Below are positions 1 to 12,296 of a stretch of DNA of 64,000 nt, in pieces (the stretch's first letter is position 1; every line of letters begins with the position of its first letter). A model generated the notes under the pieces. It was given only the letters and a program-made list of their open reading frames with translations. It was not told the origin of the DNA and searched no databases. The position numbers were made by a program, and so were the translations under genes. This DNA comes from an uncultured Alphaproteobacteria bacterium (GTDB lineage: Bacteria > Pseudomonadota > Alphaproteobacteria > Rhizobiales > Kaistiaceae): assembly GCA_963710805.1 (NCBI GenBank), contig CAVQBS010000044.1, forward strand, positions 155,108-219,107, given 5' to 3'.

Positions 1-267
1 ATGCTGTTCGGCAAGGTGCGCGTGAAATCGAAGTCGGTCGCCTGCCCGGTCCTTGTCGTCAACGGCGGCGCCGACCGGCTGGTGCCGCCCTCGGTCGCCG
101 GCGAGATCGCTAGGAAGTACGGAGCGGAGCTGGTGATCATCCCCGGGCACGGCCACTGGCTGATCGCCGGCTCGCTGATCGAGAGCGCCGCCATGCCCGT
201 GCTTCGCTGGATCGAAGGACTGCCCGCGCGGTCCGAAGACCGCACCGCCCGCCCTTCCTTTCGCTAG
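1..267 (+). CDS. alpha/beta hydrolase, C-terminal part (gene probably starts before the window)
   Basis: [15 protein letters not shown] ... PGHGHWL matches the Asp/His region of the hydrolase fold. Confidence 0.7.
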   Translation: MLFGKVRVKSKSVACPVLVVNGGADRLVPPSVAGEIARKYGAELVIIPGHGHWLIAGSLIESAAMPVLRWIEGLPARSEDRTARPSFR

Positions 268-362
268 CCGGCGGACGTATAAGGCCGGCAAATCATCCCC
301 GCCGCACCGACACGCCGCCGACGAAGTCCGCGCGGCCGTCAGTTCGCAAGCCGGAGTCGTTC

Positions 363-1114
363 ATGGCCGGACATTCCCAGTTCAAGAACATCATGCACAA
401 GAAGGGCGCCGCCGATGCGCGCCGCTCTAAGGTGTTTTCCAAGCTCGCCCGCGAGATTACCGTCGCCGCCAAGCTCGGCGCGCCGGATCCCGGCATGAAC
501 CCGCGGCTCAGGCTCGCCATCCAGAACGCCCGCGCCGAGAACATGCCGAAGGACAATATCGAGCGCGCCATCAAGAAGGCGATGGGCGGCGACGCGGAGA
601 ACTACGAGGAGGTCCGCTACGAGGGCTACGGACCCGGGCGGCGTCGCGGTCATCGTCGAGGCGCTGACCGACAACCGCAACCGCACCGCCAGCGCCGTCC
701 GCTCGTGCTTCACCAAGTACGGCGGGGCGCTCGGCGAGACCGGCTCGGTGTCGTTCATGTTCGACCGGGTCGGCCAGATCGCCTATCCGCCCGAGGCCGG
801 CTCGGCCGACGCCATGCTCGAGGCGGCGATCAACGCCGGTGCCGACGACGTGCAGAGCGACGAGACCGGGCATGTCATCACCTGCGCCTTCACCGATCTC
901 GGCGATGTGGCGAAGAACCTCGAGGAGGCGGTCGGCGAGGCGGAGACGGTGAAGGCGGTATGGCAGGCCCAGACCACCACCGAGCTCGACGAGGACAAGG
1001 CGGCGACCATGATGAAGCTGGTCTCCGCCCTCGATGACGACGACGACGTGCAGTACGGTCTATTCGAACTTCGAGGTGTCCGACGAGGTCCTGGAGAAGC
1101 TGACCGCGGCCTGA
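363..1114 (+). CDS. yebC: YebC/PmpR family regulator, two apparent +1 frameshifts (~635, ~1057)
   Basis: [29 protein letters not shown]-terminus; continues in the 748 frame (SFMFDRVG...LDDDDDVQ) and ends [18 protein letters not shown] at 1114. Confidence 0.9.
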
Positions 1115-1150
1115 CCGCGTGTGGTTTCGCCATAGGATCGTCCGGGGCTT

Positions 1151-2071
1151 TCACGGATTGGGCGTCGCCTCTTCGTTGCGGATCGCCGCGATGTGTTCCT
1201 GCGTCCAGCTGGTCGGTATGCCGAGCGGGTAGAGACAGAGGAAGACAAACAGCGCCACCAGCACCGGGCTGGTCCGACGCGGCTCCGGCGCCCGCGCGAC
1301 AACGGCGGGCGCCCTCCGTAATGCTGCCCAGATCATCACGCCGGCGCCGATCGCCGCCATCGCCAGGTTGAAGTACTGGCCCTGGCCGATGCCGAGCCAG
1401 CCGCCCTCGTAATCGCGGAAGAAATCCACCCCGAACCGCAGGCCGCCATAGAGGAAGACGAAGGCTCCCATCGCCATGCCGCGGCCGGCCGGAAACCGCT
1501 TCAGCACCCAGATGAGAACGGGGACCATCAAGAGGTTCTTGGCGCTCTCATAGAGGGCGACCGGGTGGCGGGCGCCTTCAACACCGGGGTAGATGAATTC
1601 CCACGGCATCGTGGTCACCGAGCCGATCACGCCGCCTTCGATGAAGTTGCCGAGGCGTCCGACCCCCATGACGAAGGCGGCGGGTACCGAGAGCTCGTCT
1701 GCGGTCTCCACGAACGGCTTGCGGCGCAGACGGCAGAACAGGAAGACGCCGATCAGCCCGCCAAGCAGGACGCCATGCGAGGCCATGCCGCCGGCCCACC
1801 AGTTGATCGCCTCCAGCGGATGCTCGGCGTAGAAATCGAGCTCGTAGACCAGGATGTCGAAGATGCGGCCGCCGATCAGGATGCCGGCCGCCATAAGAAC
1901 CGAAAGCTCGAAGACGTCGGCAAGCGACCAGCGGAGGCGTCGTCGGCGGAGCGCAAACCAGCCGAACACCGCGAGAAAGCCGATCGTGTAGACGGCGCCG
2001 TACCAATAGACCGGAAGGCCGAACACATGGCCGATCTCCAGTCGAAAATCGTGGACGATGCCGGTGGTCAT
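1151..2071 (-). CDS. lgt: prolipoprotein diacylglyceryl transferase
   Basis: WYG, GGR, GGMASHG, GRLGNF and RHP-xxLYES motifs; multiple TM segments. Confidence 0.85.
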   Translation of the reverse strand: MTTGIVHDFRLEIGHVFGLPVYWYGAVYTIGFLAVFGWFALRRRRLRWSLADVFELSVLMAAGILIGGRIFDILVYELDFYAEHPLEAINWWAGGMASHGVLLGGLIGVFLFCRLRRKPFVETADELSVPAAFVMGVGRLGNFIEGGVIGSVTTMPWEFIYPGVEGARHPVALYESAKNLLMVPVLIWVLKRFPAGRGMAMGAFVFLYGGLRFGVDFFRDYEGGWLGIGQGQYFNLAMAAIGAGVMIWAALRRAPAVVARAPEPRRTSPVLVALFVFLCLYPLGIPTSWTQEHIAAIRNEEATPNP

Positions 2072-2128
2072 CGCTGCACCTCGCGGATGCAGGCTGTTCC
2101 CGCGCGCCTGCGCGCGCCTTGATTTCGC

Positions 2129-3055
2129 TCAAGCAGGCATACGGCCGTCCGGTGTCCTGGTTGGCGCCGGCGGCGCCGGCCAGGCCGCGCCCCTCGTCAT
2201 ATCGTGCTCCACATGGGCCTTCAGGGCTGCGGTCGCTTCCTCGGCGGAACCGGTGATGTGATCCGGGAGAATCACCGGCCCGAAGGTCAGGTCGAAGCGC
2301 TTGTGGCGCTTTCCCATGATCTCGCGAAACCTGAGCAGGTCGCGCAACTCGTCGTGGATCACTTCGAGGGCGTAGTAGAGAAACGAGTTTCGCGCCCGAA
2401 TATGCAGCGGCAGCACGGGGCAGTTGTACCGACGCACAAACTTGATGGTGGCGGTCAGCCAGTCGAGCTCCTGCAGTCCGCGCAACGACCCTCGGGCGAT
2501 CCCGCCGCTCGGGAAGATGATAACCGGACGCTCCGCGGCGAAGGCCGCTTTCAAGGCTGCATGCGTTTCGCGAAGCGCCGACGGCGACCGCCGCTGGCGC
2601 ATCCATTCGATCGGGATGATGAACCGTTCGATGCGGGGGATGATGCGAACGATGTCCCGGTTGCTGAAGCAGCAAGTGTCCGGCCGGATGTCGCCGATAG
2701 CGCGATAGACCGCCAGGCTGTCGACCACGCCGCTTGGATGGTTGGCAACGATGAGGACGCGTCCGGTTCTTGGCAGGTGCTGCAGTCCTGTGACGCGGAT
2801 GTCGAGGTCGAGCCAGTCGGCGAATTCCTCGAAGGCTTCCCGCCCGTCAAGGTGGCCGACGCGGTCGGCCCAGTCGATTGCATCCTGATACTTGACCAGC
2901 GGCAGAAACCAGTAGGTGATCGCTTTCCACAGGACAGGGAATCTCCGCAGCGCGATGGCCCGCTCGAACAGGAGTTCATCGATGATGTGGGACCCGTCGC
3001 CGAACACCCGCCGCGGCCTCGATATTGCGAGGTCCGTCTCGTCTTTGGCTGACAT
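2129..3055 (-). CDS. lysophospholipid acyltransferase (PlsC-like) family protein
   Basis: ANHPSGVVD (HxxxxD) and IFPSG motifs. Confidence 0.75.
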   Translation of the reverse strand: MSAKDETDLAISRPRRVFGDGSHIIDELLFERAIALRRFPVLWKAITYWFLPLVKYQDAIDWADRVGHLDGREAFEEFADWLDLDIRVTGLQHLPRTGRVLIVANHPSGVVDSLAVYRAIGDIRPDTCCFSNRDIVRIIPRIERFIIPIEWMRQRRSPSALRETHAALKAAFAAERPVIIFPSGGIARGSLRGLQELDWLTATIKFVRRYNCPVLPLHIRARNSFLYYALEVIHDELRDLLRFREIMGKRHKRFDLTFGPVILPDHITGSAEEATAALKAHVEHDMTRGAAWPAPPAPTRTPDGRMPA

Positions 3056-3319
3056 TGCGATTGCGACCCTGGGGATTGTACACGTGACGGAAAAAAAGCG
3101 CTGCATGCTACCCTAGGAGCCTGTTGCCGGCCAGCCGAACGCCGCATGCGGCTGCGCCGGCTGAAGATCCGGCGCGCGGCGGCGGTCCACGGCTGCACCC
3201 GATGCCAGCCGAGAGCCGAGCCGATGCTGAAGGCGACCTGCAACACCGCCTGCCGGCGACACTGACGGCCGACGAGGTCGAGACCATTTACGGCGCGCTG
3301 ACTCGCCAGGCCAGACGGT

Positions 3320-3949
3320 ATGATCATCGACACCAGCCGCCGCACCACCGCCTCCATCGCCTGTCTCAAGGCGGCCGGCGTCACGACTGTCATTCGCTAC
3401 TACGCGCGGGAAACGCACCTGCCCGAGAAGCGCCTGACCCGTGAGGAAGCGGCCGCGCTGGTTACCGCCGGCCTGAACGTCGGGGTGGTCTTCCAGAGCG
3501 CCGGCAACAGTGCAGCGTGCTTCTCGGCGGAGATCGGCGCGGCAGACGCTGCCCATGCCCACCGCAATGCGATGGCCAAGATCGGCCAGCCGGCCGGGTC
3601 GGCGATCTACTTCGCGGTTGACTATGACGCCGGACCTGTCGATGTCCGCGAGCGGATCATCCCCCATTTCCGCGCGGTCGGCCGGGCGTTTTCGGCCGAA
3701 GGCTCGCGTTATCGAGTTGGGGTCTATAGCAATGCCGGCATTTGCGCGGCGGTCATGGCGGCGGGTGTTGGAGAGCTTGCCTGGCTGGCGAACCATGGCG
3801 CTGGCGGCTCCTTTCAGGACTGGACGCTGCGTCAGGAGCCATCGTCCACACTCTGCGGGCTGCCGGTCGATCGCAACGTTGTGCGGGATGGCATCAGGGA
3901 TTTCGGAGCCTTCGCCACTGTCGAGGAGCCGACCCGCCTCTCCGATTGA
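3320..3949 (+). CDS. DUF1906 / Rv2525c-like glycoside hydrolase domain protein
   Basis: IIDT...AGVTTVIRYY...KRLTREEA...IYFAVDYD...YRVGVY pattern. Confidence 0.75.
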   Translation: MIIDTSRRTTASIACLKAAGVTTVIRYYARETHLPEKRLTREEAAALVTAGLNVGVVFQSAGNSAACFSAEIGAADAAHAHRNAMAKIGQPAGSAIYFAVDYDAGPVDVRERIIPHFRAVGRAFSAEGSRYRVGVYSNAGICAAVMAAGVGELAWLANHGAGGSFQDWTLRQEPSSTLCGLPVDRNVVRDGIRDFGAFATVEEPTRLSD

Positions 3950-4000
3950 GCATCAGTGCCATTGGTGCTCACGGCCGTTCGGGTTTACGCCTGTTCGGCA

Positions 4001-4501
4001 ATGAACGCGCCGATTCGCATTCTGGGCGTCGATCCCGGCCTTCGCCGCACCGGCTGGGGCGTGGTCGTCATGCGCGGCAACGAGCTCGGCTTCGTCGCCG
4101 CCGGCACCATTCGCGCGCCGCTCGACGGCGAGTTGGCCAGCCGCCTGCTGGTTCTCCACGAGGGCCTTGCCGACGTCGTCCGCGCCCATGTGCCCGATGA
4201 GGCGGCGGTGGAGCAGACCTTCGTCAATCGCGATGCGGCCGCCACACTGAAGCTTGGCCAGGCCAGGGGCATCGCGCTCCTCGTCCCGGCGCAGGCGGGC
4301 CTCAGCGTCGCAGAGTACGCACCGAATGCGGTGAAGAAGACGATCGTCGGCGCCGGCCATGCCGAGAAGGGGCAGATCCGGGCGATGGTGCGTGTTCTCC
4401 TGCCCCGTGCGGTGTTCGATTCCGACGATGCGGCCGACGCGCTCGCCATCGCGATCTGCCATGCCCACCACCGGTCGGCCCGGGTTCTCGCTGGTGCGTA
4501 G
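4001..4501 (+). CDS. ruvC: Holliday junction resolvase
   Basis: [36 protein letters not shown]. Confidence 0.97.
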   Translation: MNAPIRILGVDPGLRRTGWGVVVMRGNELGFVAAGTIRAPLDGELASRLLVLHEGLADVVRAHVPDEAAVEQTFVNRDAAATLKLGQARGIALLVPAQAGLSVAEYAPNAVKKTIVGAGHAEKGQIRAMVRVLLPRAVFDSDDAADALAIAICHAHHRSARVLAGA

Positions 4502-4564
4502 GGCGCTTCTGTCCGATTGTGAGCTTCCGCGGCGGTTGCCGATGTTTCTGAAATGTTCTATTTC

Positions 4565-4580
4565 TTACTTTACGAAGTAA
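4565..4580. promoter_or_regulatory. palindromic operator upstream of the TA operon
   Basis: TTACTT-tacg-AAGTAA just upstream of the GGAG RBS of the antitoxin; typical autoregulatory site. Confidence 0.55.
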
Positions 4581-4596
4581 AGAACTGGAGCAACCG

Positions 4597-4845
4597 ATGC
4601 GGGTCAGCACCAAGGGTCAGGTCACCATCCCGAAGGCAGTCCGCGACCGCGCCGGGATCAGGGCCGGCAGCGAGGTCGAGTTCGACGTGGACGGCGAGGT
4701 CATTACCATGAAGCGTGTGCCGTCGCGGAAGCGTCCCGGAAAGAGCCGCGGCGAGAAGATCGTCGAGGCGCTGAGGGGCAGCAGGACAGCCAATCGCGAT
4801 CTCTCCACCGATGAATTGATGCGGCTGTTGCGTGGGGATGACTGA
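4597..4845 (+). CDS. AbrB/MazE/SpoVT family antitoxin
   Basis: MRVSTKGQVTIPKAVRDRAGI swapped-hairpin motif; overlaps the PIN gene. Confidence 0.9.
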   Translation: MRVSTKGQVTIPKAVRDRAGIRAGSEVEFDVDGEVITMKRVPSRKRPGKSRGEKIVEALRGSRTANRDLSTDELMRLLRGDD

Positions 4846-5254
4846 CACCATCGTCGACACCAATATTCTGCTCGACATCAACGGGCCGGATTCCATTTGG
4901 AGACCTTGGGCGATGTCCCGTATGAACGAGGCCGCCGACGAGGGCGAATTGGTGATCAACCAGATTGTCTATGCGGAACTCGCCTGTGGATATGCGCGGC
5001 GTGAACACCTCGATGCGGTCCTGACCCGCTCTTCCTATCGCCGCGAAAACGTCCCGTGGGATGCCGCGTACCTGGCTGGCGTCGTCTTTCTCGAATACCG
5101 CCGGCGTGGGGGCCGGCGATCATCGCCGCTGCCGGATTTCTTCATTGGCGCGCATGCGGCCGTCCGTCGATATCGCCTGCTCACCCGGGACCGCGGCTAT
5201 TACGCAGGGTATTTCGCGACGCTGGACATCATCTCGCCGGACACGGCGTCATGA
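4838..5254 (+). CDS. vapC: PIN-domain (VapC) toxin
   Basis: [29 protein letters not shown]. Confidence 0.9.
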   Translation: MTDTIVDTNILLDINGPDSIWRPWAMSRMNEAADEGELVINQIVYAELACGYARREHLDAVLTRSSYRRENVPWDAAYLAGVVFLEYRRRGGRRSSPLPDFFIGAHAAVRRYRLLTRDRGYYAGYFATLDIISPDTAS

Positions 5255-5868
5255 TCGGCAAGCTCAAGGGGATTATCGATTCCTACGGGGAGGACTGGGT
5301 GATCATCGACGTCGGCGGGGTCGGCTACCAGGTCCATTGCCCGGCGCGCACCCTGCAGGCGCTGCCCGCGCCGGGCGAAGCCGCGACGCTGTCCATCGAG
5401 ACCTATGTCCGCGAGGACATGATCAGGCTCTACGGTTTCGCCAGCGACATCGAGCGCGAGTGGTTCCGGCTCTTGCAGACGGTACAGGGGGTCGGGGCCC
5501 GCGTCGCGCTCGCCGTGCTCGGCATCATGAAGCCGGGTGATCTCGCCACCGCCATCGCCCTCCAGGACAAGGCGCAGCTTGCCCGCGCGCCCGGCGTCGG
5601 CAGGAAGGTCGCCGAGCGGATCGTCGCCGAGCTCCGCGACAAGGCGCCGGCCTATTCGAGCGCCGACCCGGCGGTCGTTCATCTCCAGGCCGACCTCGCA
5701 GAGCACCGCGCGCCGCAGCCGGTCGCCGACGCGGTCTCGGCGTTGGTCAATCTTGGCTACGCCCAGGTGCAGGCGAGCGCGGCGGTAGCAGCGGCGTCAC
5801 GGTCGGGCGGCGAGGAGGCGACGACCGAACAGCTCATCCGCCTCGGTCTGAAGGAGCTGGCGCGATGA
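5251..5868 (+). CDS. ruvA: Holliday junction branch migration protein
   Basis: MIGKLKG...DVGGVGY...TVQGVGAR...SALVNLGY. Confidence 0.97.
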   Translation: MIGKLKGIIDSYGEDWVIIDVGGVGYQVHCPARTLQALPAPGEAATLSIETYVREDMIRLYGFASDIEREWFRLLQTVQGVGARVALAVLGIMKPGDLATAIALQDKAQLARAPGVGRKVAERIVAELRDKAPAYSSADPAVVHLQADLAEHRAPQPVADAVSALVNLGYAQVQASAAVAAASRSGGEEATTEQLIRLGLKELAR

Positions 5869-5870
5869 TG

Positions 5871-6203
5871 TCAGGCGCTGCGGGCGCAGTCGATGCAGAG
5901 CGTCGCGGCCGGGTCAAGATCAAGCCGCTTCGGGTCGATCTCCTCGCCGCAGCGCAGGCATTCGCCATAGCTGCCGTCGTCGATCCGCTTCAGCGCTGCG
6001 TCGATGCGCGCCATTTCCGTCGCCCGGCGTTGCTCCGCCGCCTTGGCCATCGCCTGGCCCTGCATTGCGTCCATGCGCGACAGGCGGCCGACGCTCTGCT
6101 GGTCAAGAGTTACAGGCTCGCGGCTTTCGGCGCTCCGCTCGCGAAGGCTTTGCAGTTCTTTGCGGGCAGCCAGCAGCTTCTGGCGGGCGCGGTCGAGGTT
6201 CAT
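5871..6203 (-). CDS. TraR/DksA C4-type zinc finger protein
   Basis: VGRLSRMDAMQ, YGECLRCGEEI...LCIDC. Confidence 0.88.
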   Translation of the reverse strand: MNLDRARQKLLAARKELQSLRERSAESREPVTLDQQSVGRLSRMDAMQGQAMAKAAEQRRATEMARIDAALKRIDDGSYGECLRCGEEIDPKRLDLDPAATLCIDCARSA

Positions 6204-6393
6204 CGCCCGGACAATAGACGGCGATCCCGCGACGGTCGATCCTCGCCTGCGTGAAGGCGTTCCCTGTCGCTGGGCGCGAGATCGGGCTGGAGCTTCCCCG
6301 GTGACGGCGTCCAGGCGTGATGCCGGCCTCGTGTGGGTTGGTCCTCAACGCTCATGCGCCCGGCGTCCGCCTTGGTCTGAAGGAGCCGACGCG

Positions 6394-6891
6394 ATGACCG
6401 TTCCCGTAAGCTTTGCCCTGAGGGTTGTGATCTTCGCTCTGATCATTCCCGGTTTTGGCACTGCGGTCCTTGTTGGCCTGGCCGGGCTGATCTTCGGCTT
6501 CGAATCCCCATCGCTGTTCCGCTTCAACGATACCCTCGGTTTGTTTGCAAGGATCGCCTATGGCATTGGCGGGCTTCCGGCAGCGGCAGTCGGCGTTGCG
6601 GTTGCGGAACGGGATCGGCGGGGAGGAGCGGGAAAGGGGTTTACGGCCCTTGCCGGGCTGATTGGCGGGCTGGCCGCCACTGTTGCGCTGTTTACCCTCG
6701 ACTTCGACGGCAGCGGGTTCTTTCTTGGGGCAGAGTTCGCGGTTCTGGGTCTTGCCGCGCTTGGGGCTCTCATTTCATGGAAGGTGACCCGCTTCCTGCC
6801 GGGGGCGGCAAAAACGCCGCCGGCAGCGTGGCCTGATGCCCGGGAACCCGCGCTGGGGCTGGCGGCGATGGCGTATCTCAGCGAAGGATAG
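6394..6891 (+). CDS. hypothetical membrane protein (about 4 TM)
   Basis: AAGGAG RBS before ATG 6394; hydrophobic segments; stop 3 nt before ruvB. Confidence 0.65.
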   Translation: MTVPVSFALRVVIFALIIPGFGTAVLVGLAGLIFGFESPSLFRFNDTLGLFARIAYGIGGLPAAAVGVAVAERDRRGGAGKGFTALAGLIGGLAATVALFTLDFDGSGFFLGAEFAVLGLAALGALISWKVTRFLPGAAKTPPAAWPDAREPALGLAAMAYLSEG

Positions 6892-6894
6892 GAC

Positions 6895-7927
<1,033 letters not shown>

Positions 7928-7935
<8 letters not shown>

Positions 7936-8401
7936 GGCCTGGCCCGATCTCGCCGGCCGGCTGGTGCCCGGCGGCCATGTGCTGCCGGTCCGCATCTATT
8001 TCGAGGACACCGACTTCTCCGGCATCGTCTATCACGGCAGCTATGTGCGCTTCATGGAGCGCGGGCGGTCGGACTTCGTTCGCCTGATCGGCGTCGGCCA
8101 TGCGGGGCTCGACCAGGGCGAGCATGGCGAGCCGCTCGCCTTCGCGGTTCGTCACATCAATATCGACTTCCTCAAGCCGGCCAGGATCGACGACCTCGTC
8201 GAGGTCGCGACCATGGTCAAGGAGATCGCCGGCGCCCGGCTGGTCCTCCGTCAGTCCATCCGTCGCGACGGCCAGGTACTGGTGGAGGCGGACGTTACGG
8301 TGGTTCTGGTCACGCGAGACGGGAAGGCGCGGCGCATCCCGGACTCGGTCCGCGCTCGACTGACCGCCGCCCGCGATACATCGCCAGGAGCGCCGAGCTA
8401 A
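7928..8401 (+). CDS. ybgC: tol-pal-associated acyl-CoA thioesterase
   Basis: [26 protein letters not shown]; synteny before tolQ. Confidence 0.92.
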
Positions 8402-8413
8402 CCCTTCGTTAAC
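8398..8413 (+). promoter_or_regulatory. CtrA-like box upstream of tolQ
   Basis: CTAA-cccttcg-TTAAC, one mismatch to TTAA-N7-TTAAC. Confidence 0.55.
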
Positions 8414-8632
8414 CCTGACAAGGCTAGAAACACCAAGGGTTTGCGAGGGGCGCGCCGCGTCGGCCGGCCCTCGTTTCGACAAAATTGAAGGCGAGACACC
8501 CGGCTCCGAGCAGACAATCCGGACCGACGGCATCGTAAGCCCCCGGACGCGGTCCAGCCACAGCACGCCGGCGACCCGCCGCTCGCCACGAGCGTTGCGA
8601 CACAGGAACGATGTCCGAAAGGCAATTCGCTT

Positions 8633-9346
8633 ATGCCGATTGATGGGGTGACCGAGGCGGTTCTGGTATCGCCGGCGGGCGATATCTCTCTGGTCTCGCT
8701 GTTTCTCGAGGCGCACATCGTCGTCAAGGCGGTGATCATCGGCCTGTTGCTCGCCTCGATCTGGAGCTGGGCCATCATCGTCGACAAGTCGCTCCTCTAT
8801 TCGCGGACGCGGCGGGCGATGGACCGCTTCGAGAAGGCATTCTGGTCGGGCCAGTCGCTGGAGGATCTCTACCGGTCGCTGACCGGGCGGACGCCGGCCG
8901 GCATGGCCGCCGTCTTCGTCGCTGCCATGCGCGAATGGAAGCGCAGCTTCGAGGCCGGGGCGCGCTCGCCGATCGGCCTCCAGGCGCGCATTGAGAAGGT
9001 TCTCGACGTGACCATCGTTCGCGAGACCAGCCGGCTCGAACGGCGGCTGCTGTTCCTCGCCACGGTCGGCTCCGCCGGTCCCTTCATCGGCCTGTTCGGC
9101 ACCGTGTGGGGCATCATGACCAGCTTCCAGGCGATCGCTGCCTCGAAGAACACCTCGCTCGCCGTGGTCGCGCCGGGCATCGCCGAGGCCCTGCTGGCGA
9201 CGGCCCTTGGCCTGCTGGCCGCCATCCCGGCGGTCATCGCCTACAACAAGCTGTCGAACGAGGCAGGCAGGATCGGCCAGCGCCTCGAAGGCTTCGCCGA
9301 CGAGTTCTCCGCCATACTTTCGCGCCAGGCCGACGAGAGAGTGTGA
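8633..9346 (+). CDS. tolQ: TolQ
   Basis: PFIGLFGTVWGIM, APGIAEAL. Confidence 0.97.
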   Translation: MPIDGVTEAVLVSPAGDISLVSLFLEAHIVVKAVIIGLLLASIWSWAIIVDKSLLYSRTRRAMDRFEKAFWSGQSLEDLYRSLTGRTPAGMAAVFVAAMREWKRSFEAGARSPIGLQARIEKVLDVTIVRETSRLERRLLFLATVGSAGPFIGLFGTVWGIMTSFQAIAASKNTSLAVVAPGIAEALLATALGLLAAIPAVIAYNKLSNEAGRIGQRLEGFADEFSAILSRQADERV

Positions 9347-9349
9347 GCG

Positions 9350-9796
9350 ATGGCTTCATCGATGGGACCAGGAGGCGACATCCGTTACCGGCACCGGCGG
9401 CGCACCGCCCGGCCGATGAGCGAGATCAACGTCACGCCTTTCGTCGACGTGATGCTCGTCCTCCTGATCGTCTTCATGGTGACGGCGCCGCTGTTGTCGG
9501 CCGGCGTTCCCGTCGATCTTCCCAAGGCGCCAGCCAGTCCGCTTGCCGTCGAGAAGAAGCCGGTCACCGTCACCATCGACAACGACGGCCGCATCTTCGT
9601 GGAGGAAAAGGAGGTCACCCTCGCCGAGCTGGTGCCGACGCTCACCAAGGTCGCAGCCAATGGCCCCGACGAGCGCATCTATGTGCGCGGCGACCGCTCG
9701 GCGAGCTACGGCGCCATCATGCAGGTCATGGGCACCATCAATGGTGCGGGCTTCAAGCGAATCGGGCTGGTCGCGCTGAAGGAACCGGACAGCTGA
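9350..9796 (+). CDS. tolR: TolR
   Basis: MSEINVTPFVDVMLVLLIVFMVTAP. Confidence 0.97.
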   Translation: MASSMGPGGDIRYRHRRRTARPMSEINVTPFVDVMLVLLIVFMVTAPLLSAGVPVDLPKAPASPLAVEKKPVTVTIDNDGRIFVEEKEVTLAELVPTLTKVAANGPDERIYVRGDRSASYGAIMQVMGTINGAGFKRIGLVALKEPDS

Positions 9797-9803
9797 TCGC
9801 GCC

Positions 9804-10760
9804 ATGCGTACCGGGCTCACGGTCTCGGTTATCGTCCATCTCGTCCTGATCGGCTGGGGTGTCGTTTCGTTGCGTGCCTTCGAGCCGCTCGATGCGAGCA
9901 ATATCGAATCCGTGCCGGTCGAATTCATCACGCCCGACGAGGTGAGCAACACGCCGCTCGGTCTGAAGACCGCCAAGGTGGCCGAGGTCTCCTCGCCCAA
10001 CGATCCGACCGACGTCGCGGCGGAAAAGCCGGTTCCCGCCCCCGAGCCTCCGAAGGCCGATCCGGTCCCGCCTACTCCGCCGCCGCCTCCCCCGCCGCCC
10101 CCCGAGCCGACGCCGGCTCCGCAGCCCGACACCCAGGCCGAAGCCGCGCCGCCGCCTCCTCCCGAGCCGACGCCTCAGCCGCAGGAACAGGCCGCTCCCG
10201 AACAGGCGACGTCGCCGGAGGATACAAAACAGCCCGAGCCGGACGCACCGAAGCCGCCGGAGCAGCCCGTGCAGGAGGCGCGGGCGGAGCCGCCGACGCC
10301 GCGCGTCCGACCGAACCGGCCGGCGCCGCCGGCCAAGACGGAGGACTTCACCGACGAGATCTCCGCATTGCTCGACAAGACCAAATCTGCTGCCGCGCCG
10401 GCGGCCACGGAGCAGGATGCGACGATCGGCGCGGTGACCGGGTCGCCGTTCTCCAGGCTCCAGCAGAACGAGATCGATGCCCTCAGGGCGCGGCTGGCCT
10501 CGTGCTGGAGCATCCCGCCGACCGCGGCGGACCCGGCGGAGCTACGCGTAAAGGTCAAGATGTTCCTCGGCCGCAACGGCGCGCTCGAGCGCGACCCCGT
10601 GATCGTCGAGTACCGACCCGGCACGATCGGGCAGATCGCTGCCGAGAGCGCTCTCCGGGCGGTCAAGTTGTGCGCGCCATACAATCTCCCCGCGGAGAAA
10701 TATGATAGCTGGAAGGAAATCATCGTGACCTTCGATCCCCGGGAGATGTTCGGTGGGTGA
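9804..10760 (+). CDS. tolA: TolA-like envelope protein
   Basis: N-terminal TM, Pro-rich linker, CWSIP...[13 protein letters not shown]-domain; synteny. Confidence 0.88.
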   Translation: MRTGLTVSVIVHLVLIGWGVVSLRAFEPLDASNIESVPVEFITPDEVSNTPLGLKTAKVAEVSSPNDPTDVAAEKPVPAPEPPKADPVPPTPPPPPPPPPEPTPAPQPDTQAEAAPPPPPEPTPQPQEQAAPEQATSPEDTKQPEPDAPKPPEQPVQEARAEPPTPRVRPNRPAPPAKTEDFTDEISALLDKTKSAAAPAATEQDATIGAVTGSPFSRLQQNEIDALRARLASCWSIPPTAADPAELRVKVKMFLGRNGALERDPVIVEYRPGTIGQIAAESALRAVKLCAPYNLPAEKYDSWKEIIVTFDPREMFGG

Positions 10761-12114
10761 GCTGATCGAGATCGCGAAAGGCGTTCGCCGGGCGGTGCCC
10801 GGCCGCGGCGCTTTTGTCGCATGCATCTTGGTTGCGATTGCCGGGCTGGTCGGCTTGTCGCCGGTCCGCGCCCAGCTCGAGCTGGACGTCACCCGCGGCA
10901 ATGTGCAGCCGGTGCCGATAGCCATCCCCGACTTTGTCGGGGTCGGCGGCGAGGCGCAGCTTGGGATGGAGATCGCCGGGGTGGTCTCGTCCGACCTCAA
11001 GCGCTCCGGCTTGTTCGTGCCGCTCGATCAGGCGAGCTTCACCGAGCGCATTGTCGACGCCGGCACTGTGCCGACCTTCGCCAATTGGCGCGTCATCAAC
11101 GCCCAGGCGCTGGTGACCGGCGGTGTCGAGCAGATGTCGGACGGCCGGCTTCGTGCGGAATTCAGGCTGTGGGACGTCTACGCCGGCGACCAGATCGCCG
11201 GACAGCAGTTCTTCACCAGTCCGGAGAACTGGCGGCGCGTCGCCCACATCATCGCCGATGCGATCTTCGAACGGCTGACCGGCGAGCGCGGCTATTTCGA
11301 CACCCGTATCGTGTTCGTCGACGAGACCGGGCCGAAGGACAATCGGGTCAAGCGGCTGGCCATCATGGACCAGGACGGCGCCAATGTGCGGTATCTCACC
11401 CGCGGCGACGATCTGGTCCTGACGCCGCGCTTCAGCCCGTCGACCCAGGAGGTCACCTACATGGCCTATGACGGCGACACGCCGCGGGTCTATCTCCTCA
11501 ACATCGAAACCGGCCAGCGCGAGCTGGTCGGCAATTTCCCGGGCATGACCTTCGCGCCGCGCTTCTCGCCGGACGGCCAGCAGGTGATCATGAGCCTGGA
11601 GCAGGACGGCAACGCCAACATCTATGCGATGGATCTGCAGTCGCGGCGAACGACCCGGCTGACCGCGGACGCGGCCATCGACACCAGCCCGTCCTATTCG
11701 CCGGACGGGTCGAAGATCGCGTTCGAATCGGACCGCGGCGGCTCGCAACAGCTCTATGTGATGAACGCGGATGGCTCCAATCCGCAGCGTATCACCTTCG
11801 GCAAGGGCACCTACTCGACCCCGGTCTGGTCGCCGCGCGGCGACTACATCGCCTTCACCCGCCGGCATGCCGGGCAGTTCGCCATCGGTGTCATCAAGCC
11901 CGACGGCACCGGCGAGCGAATCCTGACGGAGGGTTTCCACAATGAGGGGCCGACGTGGTCGCCGAACGGTCGGGTGATCATGTTCTTCCGCGATACGCCG
12001 GGCGCCAATGGTGGACCGCAGCTGTGGACCATCGACCTTACCGGCTACAACGAATACCGGGTTCCGACGCCGGACTTCGCGTCGGATCCGGCTTGGTCAC
12101 CCTTGATCAACTGA
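10753..12114 (+). CDS. tolB: TolB beta-propeller protein
   Basis: [14 protein letters not shown] and PD40-type repeats (PRFSPDG, PSYSPDG, PVWSPRG). Confidence 0.97.
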   Translation: MGELIEIAKGVRRAVPGRGAFVACILVAIAGLVGLSPVRAQLELDVTRGNVQPVPIAIPDFVGVGGEAQLGMEIAGVVSSDLKRSGLFVPLDQASFTERIVDAGTVPTFANWRVINAQALVTGGVEQMSDGRLRAEFRLWDVYAGDQIAGQQFFTSPENWRRVAHIIADAIFERLTGERGYFDTRIVFVDETGPKDNRVKRLAIMDQDGANVRYLTRGDDLVLTPRFSPSTQEVTYMAYDGDTPRVYLLNIETGQRELVGNFPGMTFAPRFSPDGQQVIMSLEQDGNANIYAMDLQSRRTTRLTADAAIDTSPSYSPDGSKIAFESDRGGSQQLYVMNADGSNPQRITFGKGTYSTPVWSPRGDYIAFTRRHAGQFAIGVIKPDGTGERILTEGFHNEGPTWSPNGRVIMFFRDTPGANGGPQLWTIDLTGYNEYRVPTPDFASDPAWSPLIN

Positions 12115-12296
12115 CCGCCGCCGTCTACCGTGCCGGCGGCGGGCGAGGGGGCGCAAGGCCGCGGCGACAGGCGTCGCTGCGGCAAAGTCGCAGACAGGGG
12201 CGCGACCTCAGCAATTCATTCTTAACCACGTCGCTGAACGCGGGCTTAACCACGCGCCGGTTAGATGACCGGCATGGTGGACGAGGAGTTAAGTGA

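Noticed and set aside
630-1060. Programmed frameshifting in yebC (likewise serA, purA)
   Set aside because: No slippery heptamers; single extra bases in short runs, consistent with sequencing error.
3124-3444. ORF upstream of and overlapping the DUF1906 gene
   Set aside because: No recognisable motif or RBS, and it overlaps a better-supported gene.
3966-3996. LexA box upstream of ruvC
   Set aside because: GTTC half-sites are present but not at 7-nt spacing.
10040-10330. Pro-rich repeats in tolA (and PPPDDR repeats near 33220-33330)
   Set aside because: Ordinary low-complexity linkers.
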